Assembly: GCA_030689605.1 (NCBI GenBank)
Contig: JAUYFT010000011.1
Coordinates: 1 to 50,006, forward strand
Source of the DNA: a bacterium
GTDB taxonomy: Bacteria > Patescibacteriota > Patescibacteriia > PEXW01
Reading direction: 5' to 3'
Length of the DNA: 50,006 bases
The stretch's first letter is position 1. Every line of letters starts with the position of its first letter. Below, piece by piece: positions 48,292 through 50,006 of this stretch. Below the pieces are notes generated by a model. It saw only the letters and a program-made list of their open reading frames with translations, was not told the DNA's origin and made no database searches. Both the position numbers and the translations under genes were made by a program.

Positions 48292-48545
48292 TTGCCTGGC
48301 ATAAGGCCACGTTCTTGCGGCTTATGCAGAACGGTCGTTAGTGTGGGTTTGTGCCCCCTGGTTTACCACCTTAGCAGCAGGACGTCAACAGTGGAGGTGT
48401 GGGATAAAAAAACAACCTCTGCGAGGTTGCTTGCTCCTACCCACGAATATGGATTAGATCATTCTGTTCACGAGCACGTGCAGGCAACCTCGGGGGTGAG
48501 GTTGCGACGACGAATCGATGGTGACTGTAAGTCGTGAACGGTCAT
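48292..48545. other. GC-rich non-coding stretch with nested helices and two hairpins sharing the stem GCAACCTC/GAGGTTGC; candidate structured RNA or repeat elements
   Basis: Hairpins at 48299-48327, 48367-48399, 48413-48429 and 48484-48505. Long-range pairing GTGGGT (48343-48348) with ACCCAC (48439-48444). Direct repeat GAACGGTC at 48329 and 48536. The only ORF here (81 aa) looks non-protein-like. Confidence 0.3.
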
Positions 48546-48588
48546 ACAACAACAATAATTGAAATTCTGTACAATGCGTTTTGATCAT

Positions 48589-49761
48589 CTAATATACACG
48601 ATAGTAAAATGGAAGTTTTTCCGCATCTCCAGAGACATAGATTTTACTTATCGAACGATTCTCCCACCGGAGGTCATCGAGGTACCGGATAGAAAAACAT
48701 TTTCGTTTCGTATCGTACACGGGCACGCCATGTGTTGGGAGAATCTGCGTCGCACGGTTAATCGGTAACACGCCAAGCCGTCCTTGTTTCGGTGAAACAG
48801 TGAGCGGAAGTGCATGCGGGACTGCACGAGGAATGAGCCGAAACTCATCGCGAAGACGGAGGTACGCGAAATACTGAATAAGCGCGCGTGTCGTCTGCAC
48901 CGTCAATCGGCGCAACAATTTATTCGCCTCTCTCGAGATTGGCCGTTGTCCATCGTAAGCACGGTACGCTGCACGTACCATTCCTTCCGGTACGTTGCGG
49001 ACGTTCACTATGTGAAAGACTGAGGAGAAAGCACTACTGTATTTCTTCATGAAGTCACGCTCTTTACGAGCATGCAGTGCTGCAAACTCTTGACACTTCT
49101 GCGTGAATGCTTTCCGAAATCCCGGAACTCTACGCTCGGAGGAACCAAGATCAATTATCCGTAGGGTGTCCGTCAGGCTGAAAATTTTCGCAAGGTACTG
49201 AAGGGAGCGCTGGTACCGTCGCGCTTCGCCAGGGGTAACGTGTGCGAACGGGGCGAAAGGACCTTCGGTGAAAACGGTGAGCCGGCAGCCCTTCGGGTAC
49301 ACTTTGCCCACCAGATTCGTAATTATGTGCAAGCGCTGAAGCATTAATACCTCACCCAAATCAGGTAGAGTACGATTCGTTTTGAGTGTAACTGGCGTCT
49401 TGAATGGAAAACCGAGAATCGTGAGTTCAATGCGCTTCTTCCGTTTGGTGAAATAGCGAATCCGATCGAGCCATTCAGCACGACTATTAACAATGAACGA
49501 CTGCGGTCCAAAACGAATATTCGGGTTGAGAAAAATTGCTAAAATTCGATCCTCAAGACTTCCAGAACGGCGCGGGATTTTCGGCGTCGAGACCTTTAGG
49601 AGTTCACGTGCTACCTCATGCATGCTCAAATATATGTCTTTTGCAAATCGAACCTTCGTCTTGCGATCCTGCAAGTTCCGAAATGGGGTATACGGGTAGA
49701 CGTACGGATTAGATTGCATAGGGAAAGAAAAATGAGCAAAGTGTGGAAGCACTTTGCTCAT
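48589..49761 (-). CDS. DIT1/PvcA-family protein (isonitrile synthase-like), divergent
   Basis: ELTILGFPFKTPVTLKTNRTLPDLGEVLMLQRLHIITNLVGKVYPKGCRLTVFTEGPF parallels the family pattern fvLPaFPfKSpN..K.lg.lPDlgE..aL..L......iYpPGa...I.SDG.vF. The C-terminal LTVSPKQGRLGVLP....LPTHGVPV parallels RLSIHp...K.gi.L....tPWH..v. Confidence 0.5.
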   Translation of the reverse strand: MSKVLPHFAHFSFPMQSNPYVYPYTPFRNLQDRKTKVRFAKDIYLSMHEVARELLKVSTPKIPRRSGSLEDRILAIFLNPNIRFGPQSFIVNSRAEWLDRIRYFTKRKKRIELTILGFPFKTPVTLKTNRTLPDLGEVLMLQRLHIITNLVGKVYPKGCRLTVFTEGPFAPFAHVTPGEARRYQRSLQYLAKIFSLTDTLRIIDLGSSERRVPGFRKAFTQKCQEFAALHARKERDFMKKYSSAFSSVFHIVNVRNVPEGMVRAAYRAYDGQRPISREANKLLRRLTVQTTRALIQYFAYLRLRDEFRLIPRAVPHALPLTVSPKQGRLGVLPINRATQILPTHGVPVYDTKRKCFSIRYLDDLRWENRSISKIYVSGDAEKLPFYYRVY

Positions 49762-49925
49762 TGTAAAAGATGCAAACTTATGAAAACTGCTCAGGCAATG
49801 TACAGTTGTACGCTAGCATATTTTCAGCTGCAGCGCAGCTATCCCCTCTTGGGCGAACGTCTTACATAAGACCCACTGCCCAAACCCCATTCCGCCAGAC
49901 ACCTCAAAGCGGGTGCTTGCTTGAT

Positions 49926-50006
49926 TTACGCGTGCCGCAGATTGTAGAGACCTACCACCGTCTTGAAGATATCATTGTAATCGGAGAGGGTGCTCCTGAA
50001 TCGGTG
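49926..50006 (-). CDS. 3' end (26 codons) of an unidentified gene running off the window edge
   Basis: The minus-strand frame HRFRSTLSDYNDIFKTVVGLYNLRHA* is open to nt 50006. Too short to classify. Confidence 0.25.
   Translation of the reverse strand, partial: HRFRSTLSDYNDIFKTVVGLYNLRHA

Noticed and set aside
48292-48545. The 81-aa ORF at 48292-48537, and the idea that this block is RNase P RNA (CAGAACGGTCGTTA loosely resembles the P4 3' strand).
   Set aside because: The ORF product is low-complexity and non-protein-like. The P4 5' strand (GAGGAAAGUCC) is absent and the P4-like string is at the wrong end of the element.
1-50006. A search for CRISPR arrays, rRNA genes and additional tRNAs.
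   Set aside because: No regularly spaced direct repeats of CRISPR type were seen, and no rRNA-like conserved blocks. Only one cloverleaf (tRNA-His) could be folded. Visual scanning cannot exclude very divergent elements.

Overview
This is a dense bacterial chromosome segment, mostly coding, with most genes on the minus strand. From left to right it contains the features listed below.

- **1-753:** the 3' part of a DDE (rve) transposase.
- **960-3633:** a tightly packed defence-type operon. It holds AbiEi/AbiEii, a frameshifted chimera of a zeta-toxin-like P-loop and an HsdR C-terminal segment, and a Cas4-like PD-(D/E)XK nuclease.
- **3709-7009:** envelope genes, namely a GT4-GT2 fusion glycosyltransferase and a Wzx-like flippase.
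- **7071-11114:** the block infA-rpmJ-rpsM-rpsK-rpsD-rpoA-rplQ-rplM-rpsI, preceded by a ~200-nt structured leader or sRNA candidate.
- **11379-19057:** a short alaS, a flotillin-like SPFH protein, an alpha/beta hydrolase, RNase HI, a membrane methyltransferase and recJ.
- **19125-24304:** a fermentative operon with an ADP-forming acetyl-CoA synthetase, a two-subunit 2-oxoacid:ferredoxin oxidoreductase and two unknown small ORFs.
- **24360-28327:** a MacB-type ABC pair and an Ig-repeat/C39-like surface protein.
- **28331-33922:** lower glycolysis, pgk-eno plus two divergent tandem gpmI genes.
- **34367-35327:** a nucleotidyltransferase cassette bracketed by 30-bp repeats copied from the 3' end of the neighbouring sugar-nucleotidyltransferase gene.
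- **36149-46706:** the most unusual region, a cluster of amino-acid-transforming enzymes. It contains a GNAT-LOG fusion, histidine ammonia-lyase, an enolase-superfamily racemase/epimerase, two M20 amidohydrolases, a CntK/DapF-fold racemase fused to a GNAT, and a HAD phosphatase. It is followed directly by hisS and tRNA-His(GUG).
- **46748-49761:** an AT-rich scar of broken genes, a GC-rich structured non-coding stretch, and a DIT1/PvcA (isonitrile-synthase family)-like gene.

Several operons start with TGGTATA(A/C)T-N6-ATG, which predicts leaderless mRNAs. No rRNA genes or CRISPR arrays were seen.

Gene content suggests a small-genome fermentative bacterium such as a Patescibacteria/CPR member: fermentative energy genes, Lys-rich extensions on ribosomal proteins, and truncated RpoA and AlaRS. 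That is inference only. All family assignments come from motif recognition by eye; no database search was run.
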